A DNA stretch of 64,000 nucleotides from Lama guanicoe. Its lineage: Eukaryota. Below are positions 38,230 through 51,337 of this stretch, one piece after another. The notes below the pieces were generated by a model. That model was not told the DNA's origin, did no database searches, and saw nothing but the letters and a program-made list of their open reading frames with translations. Location of the stretch: NCBI GenBank assembly GCA_013239625.1, contig MU056000.1, positions 15,218,851 through 15,282,850 of the forward strand. The letters run 5' to 3'. The position numbers and the translations under genes are program-made. Within the stretch, counting starts at the first letter, position 1, and the number at the start of each line of letters is the position of its first letter.

Positions 38230-38600
38230 TTCTGTCTTATTGCCTCTGCTGATTATTCTTCCTGTCCTCATGGTTTCTGTCCTGAGGCAGAAATCTAACG
38301 CAAAAAGATATGCATCTCCAGTTTTTCCTAGGATGTCTATTCATAATCACATTTCCTTCCTTCTTGATAGTATTAATCAATATTTTAGGGGTGTCACAAT
38401 GCAGGGTTGGCTTCATGCATCCACAGGCTTCTGCCATCTTTTCCATGCTCTGATTCTCATCCATCATCTTCAAAATCACATTCAATCTTACGACCTTCAA
38501 GGCATTGCAAAACCCTTTGGTAATCTACGCACAATTCTCATCCCGTGAATGTGGCTGCTTGCCTGCCAAGAATCTGCTTCCCAAACCCCATTTTTCCATA
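38230..38600 (-). mobile_element. Possible ancient RTE-clade (L4/MamRTE-like) RT fragment
   Basis: Colinear peptides across frames (SHIHGMRIV, MP/LKVV, DFE, RSLW, LHCDTPKILINTIK, RG/IRQ) resemble non-LTR RT motifs DHIxTLRI, PL, DFEKAFDS, SLW, YGIPxKLINIIK and RGVRQG. Confidence 0.4.
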
Positions 38601-38779
38601 GACACTGATGTTCAAGCATTACTCCCTTCCATGTAACTGCTTGATTTGTTCTGAGATGAGCAGACTTGAGTTCACTTAAACAAAGAAGAGTACACTGTGG
38701 CATATGGAAAAAGAGTTACCTCACTTTTAACCAAAAGTCACAAGAAATTCAATTTTCTTCTGTTGAACATAAATCTTCT

Positions 38780-38940
38780 TCTATAAAAAGATAGCAGAAA
38801 ACCAAGATAAATAGAAGCCAGATTAAGGAAAATAGTGTGGAGCTTGACCAGCCAAACCTGAAGCTTAAACTACTTCTGGACTTCTTTTTTCAAGAGCTAG
38901 TGTTTTCCCTGATTGTTTGAGCCAATTTGCGTTTAGAAAA
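38780..38940 (+). mobile_element. Old MLT1 3' fragment
   Basis: CCAGCCAAACCTGAAGC...CTTCTGGACTT...TGTTTGAGCCAATTTG resembles the MLT1 3' end. Confidence 0.5.
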
Positions 38941-40309
38941 CAAAATAACCAAGTGAGTATGCCTGCCATTTACTACTTAGTGGGTATTAATTTATCTCGA
39001 GCTTATTACCTGTCTTTCAAATGTTTTACAGAAAAATAAACCAGTCTCACAGCTTGCATTATGGTATGTTTCACGAGCTTTTTAAATAAAATATGAAAAT
39101 TTCAGATTGTTCCAAAGTTCCTAGTAAAATATTAATGCATTTAAATATTGTTAAAAAGTCATATGTTTTCATTAGAACTTGAAAGTAAAATGCATTATTA
39201 TTTCAAAATAATCAAAATTGGGAATCTGTTGTTTCACCTGGTACTTTAGAGAGAAACATGTTTCTAACCTGTCTGTTAGAGCTAGTTTATTAAAATTTAT
39301 GCAATTCAGTTAGTTTTTGCTTTTAAGATGAATACCCTAAGTTTTTTTTACCTAAATATGGAGAAATATCAGCATTTCTTTATCATGAAAATTTTGCTGC
39401 AGTATTATGTCATTTATTTCTCTCAGTTATCAATTTTGTGATCTAAGCTATATAATAATCTTCTCTGCTATAGATACTTACCAGTGTTTTAATCAACTTA
39501 TATTTTGAGAAACTTTCCCAATTTTGTTACATATTCCTTAAGTGAAGAGAAATACTAACTTATAGTTTTTTCAGTTATATGTCAATATTATGCTGTGTAA
39601 TAAGTTTACAATAAGCTATGGAGCAAAGAAACATATTTGAATCACATTTTTTAAGTGAAAACCCTACATATATGTGGGGAAATTAGTAGTAAGACAAGAG
39701 TATAATTTATTATGTAAGATACTTTTTTGTTATTATTAAAGACATGCATTTCTATATTAATTAGAAAAGCATTATATTTTGTCTCATTACTTGTAAACAT
39801 TCTGTATAATACTTACTAATACTTAATACTTACTTGTTATTGTTAAGTCTTAAAATGCACTTCTTGTACGACACTCAAGCTTATATGAGTGAGTTTTTAT
39901 CTTGTTAAAGTTCACACATATTTGGTTACTGGAATTTTTATAAAATGATTGAATAAAAAAGTCTGAGCCTTAGTTTTGTTTCACCAAGAAGACACCCCTG
40001 TGTTTACAAGAACCACAGATATTATCAATAAGAGATGAAAATATCTTGAAGAATAAACTAGTCAAAAACCATCCACAAATTTAGAAACTGAGAAATACAA
40101 ACTACAACTTCTCTAGTATGCATCCTTATAAAAATATCTAGTTGTTAATACATGGAAATTCTTAGTTTATATGAACATAAAAATGACACCTAATAGGCAT
40201 AGAAAAGAAAATAAGTTTTAAAAATTATAGAAATTTTTGTATGTGTCTCATCCTAAGTTCATATCACATATGACCACTTGGTAAGAGCTCTCGGATCATC
40301 ACTTTTCAT

Positions 40310-40680
40310 CTGTGTTTAGGCTTGGCTAGGTTACATACTTTGATAACAAATCAACCCTGAAATATCAAAGGTTTAATAAAAGAAGGACTTGTCACTTTAA
40401 GTCTGAGGTCTCACTGGGGTAATTCTCCCAGGCTGCTCAGTTTGTTGCTGCTCAATCTCATGCAGCCTCTCTTATGGCCACCGAAAGGGAAGAGAGAGAT
40501 GGAGGGGACACATCAGACTTCATCGTTTTCAGTGAAAATGATATATATTTCTACTCACAGACCAGTAGCCAAACCTAGTCACATGGCCACTCTCACTGCA
40601 AGGGAAAACCCGCTTCAAAATCTCAGGATACCCCAATGAGAGCAGAGAAGTAGAATCCTTTGGAAAGACGAATAAGATGG
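40310..40680 (-). mobile_element. Old MLT1 (K/L-like) LTR
   Basis: GCTAGGTTAC...ATAACAAATCAACCCTGAAAT and CCAAACCTAGTCACATGGCCAC...CTGCAAGGG are antisense MLT1 hallmarks. Confidence 0.6.
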
Positions 40681-41076
40681 CAGATTAAAATGTTTTGTAA
40701 CATCTGTTTTGATCACACCAGCGCTGTTAATTTTACATATTTTAGAAATCTTTCTCTCAATTCTCTTTACTTTTTCTGTCACTAGAGGTGGAATGTGCTA
40801 CTTCTACACGTATCTTAATCATTTAAGTGAAAATGGTTAGGAAGGAAACAATGGCATTATTATTAATACCAATTTTCTTATTTTTTAGTAGGAAAAAAAT
40901 CTCTTCTCATCCCTCTCCCATATCCACAATATCCCCAATGCAGGTTTTCCTTGGGGTCTATGTCACACTATGTGTACCGTCAGTTTGATCACTTTGTTGC
41001 AGCAGGAATAGGGTCAGATATATTGTAAAACATGAGACCTTCCTTTATTGATAACAAGTTAGCACCTATGGTTATT

Positions 41077-41125
41077 GTGTGTATGCGGGTGTGTGTGTGT
41101 ATGTGTGTGTGTGTATATATATATA
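41077..41125. repeat. Compound (TG)n(TA)n microsatellite
   Basis: Read directly. Confidence 0.9.
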
Positions 41126-42565
41126 AAATACTATGTTTTGCACAAGAAATTATGCCTTGCTGAGAGTCTTTAAATTATATAAAAATCCACCAAGGGAACC
41201 ATCAACAATAATAAATCTTCGACATAATGCTTAACTAGTCCTCTTAAAAGACCTAACATCTGAGATGGGAGAAAAACGTTTTGTACCAAAAAGACAGGCA
41301 GCTTTGTGTTTGCATCCTGCCTTACCCTGCAGCCTGAAGGGAGGAGGTGCGGAAATGGAGGCTGAGGAAGGCAGAAACACGGGATGTGCAGGTGCCCGGG
41401 AAACGTTCTGCCTAGCCGTGCCTCCTGCCTTCTCAGAGCTACGCCTGCCTGAGGAGGACTGTCCATTTTGAATGTGGAGGTGGCAGCCCATTTCCTCTTG
41501 GTGCCTAGAAAGAACAAATCTCAAGTTCATTCTGAGAGACTGACTTGCAGGAGGAAATGCAGGCCAATCGCTGTTTGTTGGTTGGTTTGTTCTTTTTGTG
41601 GTTTTTCTGTGAAACAGCTATTCTTTCCTTTAAGAAACATTGGGCAGTACCGCTCATTAATTTATCTCATCGATTTAACTCAGTCATCATGCTATTAAGG
41701 GAAGGTGTCATTATTTCATGACACTGGAAGCATAGTTTTAAAAATAAATGGTTTAAGTGGCCAGAAAAAAAAAAATTATGTCTCGTATAAGGGAAAGACG
41801 ATCCTCCAGGCAACCCTGAGTTATCCGCAACTAATTCCAAATAAACATCAGTGGATTGATTTCGAACTTCTTTTGATAGGCACTGAATTTCTGCCATTGA
41901 GAAACTTATTTTTCATAGTTACAGAATATTCATGTAATTAATTTTTACATTCTATTGAATCAAGATGATTGCAAAGTCAAAATGAATTCTAATACACTAA
42001 AATACAGCACTACTTTCTGGTGAAAAGAACAAAGGTATGAATCAAGAACAACTTACAAATTCTACTAGTAAAAAGGTTAAATTAAATATAGCTATATCTT
42101 CCTTTTGAGCTCTTTTGAGGCAATAACAATATATTTATGATGAGCTATCAAAGTTCTTCTCATTACTATTTTGTAATAAAGAGTCTATGCCTTTACAAAT
42201 GAGTTACATTAATCATACAAGACAGTCTTAAACCATTTACTTATTTATATTTGCAACATCTTCTAAAACTTTCAATAAATATTAAGAATTTTTTATGATC
42301 AGATCAGTCTTGTGAGAATTTCCAAGAATTATAAATAATTTGTTTAAGTCAGATACTGATTAGCAATAAAAAGATCTGTTTGGATTTTGCAATATAAACA
42401 TTATAAAGTTATTCCCATTGACATCTAATTTTGAAATACAGAGCGAAATACAAATTAAGCAATATATCCAACCAATGTCAAAAATCACATTTTCTTAAAG
42501 CACACAGTACTGTTACATGACTGTGGAATCATATATCAAATTACTCATCTTAAAATAAAACTACC

Positions 42566-42876
42566 TTATTGCTTATCTATTTTATACACAGTAGTTTGTA
42601 TCTCTTAATCCTACACCCTTAATTTGCCCCTTTCACTCTCCCCTTTGGTAATCGCTAGTTTGTTTTCTATATCCTTCAGTCTATTTCTGTTTTGCATATG
42701 TATTTATTTGTGCTATTTTTTAGATTCCACATATAAAAGATGTATTGTATAACACAAAAAAATGTAGCCATTATCTTGTAATGACTTTTAATGGAGTACA
42801 ATCTGTAAAATACTAAATCACTATGCTGTATACCTGAAACTGATACAATACTGTAAGTCAACTATATTTCACTAGA
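42566..42876 (+). mobile_element. Short L1 3' end with 5' inversion
   Basis: 42566-~42736 is antisense L1 3' UTR and ~42737-42876 is the sense L1 3' end (GCTGTATACCTGAAACT...GTCAACTATATTTCA). The degenerate TSD is AAAATAAAACTACC/AAAATAGAATTTCC. Confidence 0.8.
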
Positions 42877-45800
42877 AAAATAGAATTTCCTACTTTCCAA
42901 AGTGCATTCCTTTCTGTCACTTTTAATTCAATGGCAAATGTTTAAATAGAATTAGAGCTTGCTTAGATATTGTATTTCAGGATTACACTGCAAATAAAAA
43001 TATATTTTATGGGAAATTCTCTATAAACTATGTGTTATTTATTTTTACTGTAATATATCCTGTCTGAGTAATAGCAATTAGATGTAGGCACTTAACAATC
43101 AAACATTACATGATTTTATCTTAAAACGTTAATTTTCCATTCTTTTTTGTTAGATGAAGACAATATAAGTTGGAAATATGATTGTAATTCATTTCAGCAT
43201 CTGAAGTAGCTTGTATACCTTTTATAAATATGGAAAACATTCCACAGTTACTCTTACTATTAGACAAATTATTGTTTAGTAATAATGACGTATAATTGTT
43301 TTTGAAACATCTTGGTTTTGTGGCTTTTTTTGTTCCTTCTTCGAAGGAAATGCAAAACTCTCATTAAGAATGCCGTAGCTTTCTTTTGTCAAAAAGGATC
43401 ATAAAATATTAGTATAATGTGCATATATGCTAACACATGCCTATTTACCCAGTTGTGAGGGTACTTCAGTTGTTTCTTAAGAACTTATGCTGGAAAAAAA
43501 CCAACAAAAATATAACATATCCACAACATAGTGCTTTTTTCCAATGTTAGCTAACTTTTTATGATAAGAGTCTACTAAGACAACTGAGAAGTAATTTCTG
43601 TAACTGTGTGTGCCCTCAGATAAACTTCTCAACATCTCTATTGTGTGTGCCTTTTTTGAAATTAAAGATAATTAAATGTAATTAGGTGTAAAATGTCAGC
43701 ACACTAGTGCTCAAAATGCTAGTAAGAATGCATTGTTATACCACATAAATGTGAATATCGTACAATCAATATAACTACATATGGCAATTAGGAAGTACCT
43801 CGTATTTGCTATGTCAACTTCCAGACATTCTACATTTGAAGATAAGTTTTAGTTAATTTTTCTTTTAGCATGCGCCCTTCCCATGTGGGGAACAATGAAT
43901 ACGTAAGATTACACTTTTCTGATATCAATGGCTCATGGCCAGTCATGTCTTCATTTAATCAGTGTTATTTTCTGTCAAAGAACTGCACTTAATTAGCAAC
44001 AGCAACTACTGCTTTTGACTTGCTTTTCATTACTACATTCAATTATTTCATGTTGCTGATTGTAGGTCACCATTTTCCCTCGGTGATAAATCCCCTGATG
44101 ACAATAACTGTGCACTCACTTATATTATCTCAGATGGAGAAAGTACGTGAGATATTAGTTATTTCATTGAATGGAGCTCACTGAAGATATCTAGCTCACT
44201 GAAGACTCAAGGGTAGAAATGAATACTTTGACACTGTTGCTGGGGTAATTAATTAGGGAGGCCCATGAGCAAAATAAATAATGACAGTTACTTCACATAC
44301 TATATTTGGTAAGTAAAACTGCTTACAAACATCAGCAGCGATTACTTTAAATTTCCTTTTCTGGTTGCAAGAGACATAACGAACCTAATTAAATGTTTTC
44401 AGGTTTTTTCCAGAGATAAGGAAACTCTAACCAAAGAGTGTATTGAAAGTGGATCAGAAGTCCTCTGGGCCAGATAAGTGCCTATAGTCATCTCCTGAAA
44501 ATGAGAGATTTTGCAGAAAATTGGGAAAGAATGATATTTTCTCTTCCTCACTTATTGCTTGATTATTCCTTGAATATGAGCCTTTCATTTAAATCTCTAG
44601 AAACTCAAACATATCCAGGCATCAGAAATTTGCAATATTACTATCAAACTAAATTTCAGGACTACGTGTCAAGCAAATCCTTATCACATCTGCTGTTTCC
44701 ATTTCTCTCTTCCATCACTTACTCTTCATAGATTTGTAAACCAGTTGTTAAAACGTATCCATATTTGTCATGTCTGTTGAAAAACCAAGGAAGGCTTTAT
44801 TTTTATTAATAATCAAATTAAATAAAACATCTAAGCTCCAGGTACTTATATGCTTTAAATCTATCTGTACTTAACATGGTTCAAAACCACTTGTCTATTG
44901 GATAACCAAGAATTTTATATTTTTATAAATATGTTATTTTCTATTTGTAGAAAAATGTGTTAGATAATTTCTGAGGCTTTTAGCTCACAGTGTAAAAGTA
45001 TCCTTAAATGATCAAAATTGACTAAAATTGGCTCCACAACTTTATCATGTAGTGCCAGCCCTTCAGGTCAACTTGAAAGAAATGCACTGTTTTTCAAAGA
45101 AGATTTTTTGAAAAAAAAATGTCTATTACTATTAACATGATTTAGATAGAATACTAAATCTCCATAGAGTATGACAAAATGCAGAAAGTATGTTGATGCT
45201 TCACAGTTAACCTACACCAAATCCCAACCCATATCATTGAGTTTTCTGTTTCCCTATTGCTGCTTGTTTCTCTGTACTAAAAGCTTTTACAGTGGGAGTG
45301 TTAAAGAAATCATTGATTTATCTGAGGTCAACTTTATCTGTTATTTTCATTTTGTTTCTAAATGTGGATATACGTTTATATAGCTATTGAAAAAATTTAC
45401 TAGCTAGACAAGTTAGCAAATTGTAAACAGAAAATAGGTATTATTAAATATCTGTTCACTCTGTCAGTGTACCTGAAACAATCGTTGACCATCTCTTGTT
45501 ATTTCCTACAGTCACAGCTTATCTTGTATAATACACTGGTTGACTGGCAGTTAAGGTCAAAGTGAGATTTCCGGGTTTAATTTTTCATGGAAATACTAAA
45601 ACCTTAGCAAAGTAAGCTTGGCAGAACAGGTAACGTGCTGGAGTCAATGTTTACTCAACTAGGAAAATTTTTAATAAAAATGTGAGAGAAGTAGATCAAT
45701 ATTGATTAGGAAAATAGACATAGGCTATTAAAGGTTCCCATTGTTTTAAGTTATTTTATTGAGTTGAATTTATTGGAGACTGATTATGAAGTTATAGGCT

Positions 45801-46179
45801 TTGTAAATAAAGTACTGTATTTAATTAAATGTGTAGATATTTTTAGGTATAATGAAGTTTTTCCATGTTCATGTGTAATTCTAAACTATTACAAGTGAAC
45901 AGTGGACTGAAAAAGCATAAGCAAACAATCAAATTATGTTTAAAACTTGTAAAGCCATAAATTAATGAAAGGACTATGTATTAAAAATAGTAGTATCGCT
46001 AACAAGAAATTTAGATAAAATATATGGCATGAAGCCTTCATGTTAGAAAACAACAAAGACTAAAATTTAAAAATCTGTGTTTAACACAATTACTTTTGTA
46101 AATAAAATATAATATGTTAAAGTAGAAGGAATACATATCAAATTGGATACTCAATATTCATATTAACTTTTTCACATGT

Positions 46180-48950
46180 AATAAGTATTTTTAAAATTGA
46201 TGGAGCATTACATATACAAGACAAAGCCTTCATCACATTCACCTGTATTTTCATCTCCTAGAGATAATCATTAACTTGGTTTAGGTTTATTGTTACCATG
46301 CATAAAAGCATGCATGTTACTTTTAGGTCTACTTTTTATGTATAACATTGTTGGGCAGGAATGTATATAAACAGATATAATAAATGGAAGATACTCTGTT
46401 TTTCTGCAACTTTCTCTTTTTGGTCAATGATATAGTTTCTTTGTGATTATTCATGCTAATTTAGGAAAATTTAGCTTATTCATCTTATTTGCCCTATAAT
46501 CTTCAAGTTCAGAATTGGACCACTATTTATTTATCCATTTAACTTGTTGACAAGCATTTGGATTGGTTTTAGTTTGAGCTTATTAAAATATGTGAATTAT
46601 TAACATTCTAGCACTAGTAATATTATGGTTCTTGATCTTTTTCTCATTGCATCCATATTCTCTCAGTTTATAAGAGATCAGTGAGCTGTACCCTGTGATA
46701 TGAATATTTTTATTAGTGTTGAAAGAGAAGTTGAAAAGTTAAAAAAATATCAATGGGTAAAGAAGAACTATTTTATGAATTGTACTTAGGTAATAGGTTA
46801 TTCATGTAAAAATGAAGTGTTATTTTCTTCTTAAAATAGTTAATTCTAGGTAGATTATTCTTATGAATGTTAAAAAATTTTTAAGTTTAAATATTCGTAT
46901 AAAGTTTAAAAAATTAAATATTTTAGAAGAAACATAAGAGAATATATTTACAGTAGAAAAGTATTCTTGATCATAAAAATTGTAATTATTATGCAAATAT
47001 TGAATATGATTATATTAAGCATAAAACTTTCCATACAATGAAATGCACCAAAAATAAATCATGAATCCAACTCACATTATGGACGATTTTTAAAAAATCA
47101 TTATTACTTTTATCAGAAAGATAAAGCTTTGTTTAAATCAATAAGCAAAAACAAAGAATTATTTCTTAGGCAAAAAAAAAAAAAGGCAAAGTAGTGTGTG
47201 AACAGCCAATAATCCATAACAACAGAACTGAAATAGCAATTGAAATGTGAAATTTAATTTAAAACAAAAATATGTCATTTTAGGAGAATCAAAGAAGTAA
47301 TAATTAAAAGTTCAGCATTGTAAGCATTGATGAGAATGCAGTGAAATGAAGAATCTACTTCATTACTCACGGATATGTGACTTTTCACAAACTATTTGTA
47401 GAGTAATTTGGCAATTTAAATAAAATAAGCACAATTTAAAATCATTTCTAGGAACATGCTCCAGGAAAAAAAAACTTAAAATAAAAATAATAGAAATAAT
47501 AATAAATATCCAACTTTTAATGCTGATCTCTCATATATCTCAGCATTTTGTTCCATTTTATCATTGCTGTAGTTATATTTTGCCTCCTTTAATCAATACC
47601 ACACCCTCTCAATTATTTTAACTTGAATACCTCCTGATACCTGGGAAGACAAATTCTCATCTGTACTTTGTTCTTCAAGTAAGCCTTTATTCGGCTTGCT
47701 TAGATTTGGGGGGTTTGTTTTTATCCCCATTAATGGTTTTAATTTTTCCAAGATTTATTAAGATGTTATAATTATATTCTTTCCTATTCTGTCACTGTGA
47801 TCAATTACATTGATTAATTTTTGCATGTTTTATCATCCAAGCACTCTTGAAATAAATCTACTGTAATCATGATGTAATATCATTTTTATATATCTTTGGA
47901 TTCACCATGTCCTTGATCTGACTGCAATTTTTATACCTACGTTCATTGAAGAGACCGACCTACAATTATTATTCCTTGTGATATCTTTGTTGAATTTTAA
48001 TATCAAGGTTCACATAGATAATCAGAAAGTTTTTTTTTCTATTTTCTGGAACATTTTCATAAGTTTGGGTTATTTGTTTCTTAATAGATCAGAAGAATTT
48101 ACCTGGGACAGTCTCTAGGCATAAAATTTTCTTTGTTAAGCATGTTTTCAATTAAGAATTCAGTTTCTTTAATAGATAAAGAATTTCCCTGATGTTTTAT
48201 TTTCCTTCTAACAGTAAAATATATCTCACTAGCAATTCATCCATTTCATCTAAATGCTCTAATTTTCTTGCATAAAATTTTTATAACATCTTTTTAAAAT
48301 TTTTAATCTGTAGCGTCTGTGATGTCTTTACAATGTTTACATCTAATGGTTTTAATATGAACACATAATCCTACTGTTTGTTTTTTTCTGCTCACTTTAA
48401 ATTGGTATTCGTTCAGGAACATATTCTTCAGAAATTTTTTGCAATTAAGATTGAAGGTTGTTCTTTCAGAGGAGTTTTCTACAGTATTCTCTGCAGTAGG
48501 CATCCAAAGGGTGTCGCTATCTTAAAACCATTTCTTCTGTTACGTTCTTGACTTTGGATTTTCATACCTCATGATTACCATCAATTTAATCTTTCTCTCA
48601 AATAGAGCAAATGACCCCTACTTATAAATATCAATAGAACCATTTTTTTCCCTCTTACCTATACCTTAGGCAAATAAATCTAAATATACTGGTGTTTTTA
48701 CTGTGCTGGTGGGAACTTCTTTTTTTTCATGTCTTATCTTTGTGTTAATCTTCCAGGTCTATATTTCTATTTCATAAATACATAAAGATTTCATGCCATG
48801 TACCTTCATGGGCATGAAAACCTTCTCAATTACCAGGAGAAGCATAATATATAATGTGCCTCATACAGCTATAGCATCAACTTATATGCCTACCACTCTA
48901 TCCTTTTCTTTTTGTGTTTATAGTCCCAAGGAGTTTCCTTACATTTAAAA
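46180..48950. mobile_element. Cluster of very old L1 (L1ME-like) fragments in both orientations
   Basis: Antisense 3'-type sequence at ~46180-46620, A-rich sense ORF2-like sequence at ~46740-47460, and T-rich antisense sequence at ~47540-48950. Confidence 0.5.
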
Positions 48951-50964
48951 AAAATTTACTTGCATAGAATTGATTTTAAAAATTTAAACATATATTCATA
49001 ATTTTTGTGTGTTTTAAAATAAGAGTTTCCCACCCCCCCCATGTTACTTAGTCTTCCGTGATTTGGAATATTAATCATGAAGACAAACATAAGTGCAAAC
49101 ATTTTAATAATATCACTATTTTTATTAGTGATAAAAAATTTGGCCATGATATGAGTAATGAAATGGCTAATAGCTGCTTTTTGTTTAGGAATTTAAGTGA
49201 TTTTTATATAATGATTATTCAAGTGTTTGGGTATTTCTAAATAGATACCACTTATACTTTAAATATGATACTGTCTCTTAATTTTAGAATAAGTGAATCT
49301 ACTGTTTTTCAAATACTGATAGAAGAATTTGTATATCCCTTCAATCACTGATGTAATAGATTTTACATATAGGCTTTCTGGAAATAATAGGCAAGAAGAT
49401 AATTTTTTCTACATGTAAAGAAATGAAGATTGAGTTTTTGCCCACTGCTTTATACTTAATCCTTAGGTCAACCATATTTTTTTAAATAAATAATTTCTTT
49501 GAATCCAGAGCCTATTTAGATGTGTGAATTCTTAATTTCAACCAAACACATGTTGAATATAATCTTGTTTATTTTGAAGTGGTTTCAGTGTTTCTAAATT
49601 CATACGTTTTCCAGCTCTTTAAATATTATATAAAATAAGGTATTTTTAAAATGAAGAATTTCAGAGCAAGTAATATATTTATTGTTGTAACTCAGCTAGG
49701 AGCCACCAAGGGGCTACCAAAAACCCCTCAATTTCAGGAGCACAGACTAGTCACTGTCAGTAAGGCATTGAGCTTGTGTGCCAGCTAGATTCCAATAAAT
49801 CGGTTTGTAGTATCACTTGTCTCTACTTCTGAAACTTCTCTTTTTCCTTTCAAACAGAAAAGTAAAAGGCATGGCAGTCTTTGGGTAAGAAACTTGAGTC
49901 AATAAAACTGGTAATTTTCACCCATGCAATCTTTGAACACATAGAGGAGGGAAATATTTCACTTTATTTTTAGTTCCATCTATATAAACCAGCCAATTGC
50001 CCTGCTCTGCTTTTCCCAGTGGTGATATCTTACAGGGTCATCAAACTCTGCAAGGTTTGAAACTTCAGCAGACTCACAAAAATGAGAGACTACATACCAT
50101 CAGATCAGCAACAAACTCCTTTTTTATTGCTTTTTATTTCTAACTGTACAGATTCAGGTTGATGACTGTCATATGAGAACTTTTAAGGACTGCTAAGGTG
50201 AAATTTTGAAACAGAATGCCTGTCTGATTTTAAGGTACTTTTTATATATAAAGTGATCTTGGACTTCAGGATGTATTTGGTCAACATTAATTAATACCCA
50301 ATGGAGACTATAAATAGACATTGTACGAATAAATAAATTTAAAACTTTGACAGAAAGATTAGCAAATGAAGTAAATTATTAGTTTTTTATCAGTCACTAT
50401 CAATCTAATTTTTTTTGCATAGTTATGTTTTCCTATATTTTACATGATTTGATTGTTTTCAATTTTAATAGTTCATAAGATATATAATGTCAGAAGTATA
50501 AAAGGGAAACTATTTTTATTTTCTTTTGCATTCTCTCTTCTCTGACTAGGTTTAAGTTAAACTTGCTGAAACTGATAAGCTTCTAATCACCAATCCTGCA
50601 AGCGGTCACCAAAATTGGGTCATGTGAAGACAAAGCATATTTTTTATCTTCTTTAAGGGGACTAATTGTGAACCTGACTAGAAACTTTTCTAATGGATTT
50701 TCCTCTCACAACACCATTTCCAGAGTAGACAATTGTTAATATGAGGTGATATATTATACAGCAACACGTAATCTCGCAGGTAAAAAGTTGTCCCCTACGC
50801 TAGAAGTAACGTCATAATAATATCAGATGTTAATAGCTAATAGCAAGTTCGCTTCTTCCTTATTGTGCTACAAAGAAGTAAATTAGTAAAAAATAAAAAT
50901 TAAAAATTGTAGTCATATTAACAAGATTTAGCTTCATCAAAGATTGTTTCCAAATAATGAATTG

Positions 50965-51337
50965 ATTGTCACTAGATCCTTGGGGGAGAGACTCAAGTTG
51001 GATATATTATGTGTAGATGTACAGCTTCAAGGAACTATGTGTGTTGCAAATATTTCCTGCTTCTGGACTCCAGAGAGGTTGTGTTAATTTCTTCTTTCCT
51101 GGAGCCATTCATAGGGGGGCCTAGTCAGGAGGTTTCCTGTGAGCTAAACAAAGGTATTTTTGATTAATGCTCAGGTATGGGAGGCAGGATGCCCGGAGAC
51201 GGGCCACTGGGTACGCTTTAAGCTATATGTAACATCCCTTTAGTGATTAACTTATAGCAAAAGCAACAGAATACAAAGGTTAGAGTGAAAAAAGAAACAG
51301 ATAGGATATGGAGTCAGATTTGTTCTTCCCTCTTACA
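50965..51337 (-). mobile_element. ERV1 LTR fragment (U3 part), cetartiodactyl type
   Basis: The minus strand starts TGTAAGAGGGAAGAACAAATCTGACTCCATAT and contains CTTTTGCTATAAGTTAATCACTAAAGGGATGTT. The left boundary is uncertain. Confidence 0.75.

Noticed and set aside
38590..38625. CLNISV peptide resembling RPL11 CLNICV (processed pseudogene)
   Set aside because: The similarity does not extend on either side, and there is no poly(A) or TSD.
44174..44205. Short direct repeats (AGCTCACTGAAGA twice, with similar cases at ~11143-11171 and ~51818-51838)
   Set aside because: Two-copy micro-duplications typical of replication slippage, with no array structure.
48789..48819. Small hairpin TTTCATGCCATG...CATGGGCATGAAA
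   Set aside because: Short, imperfect and inside a decayed L1 region. Too small for a pre-miRNA.
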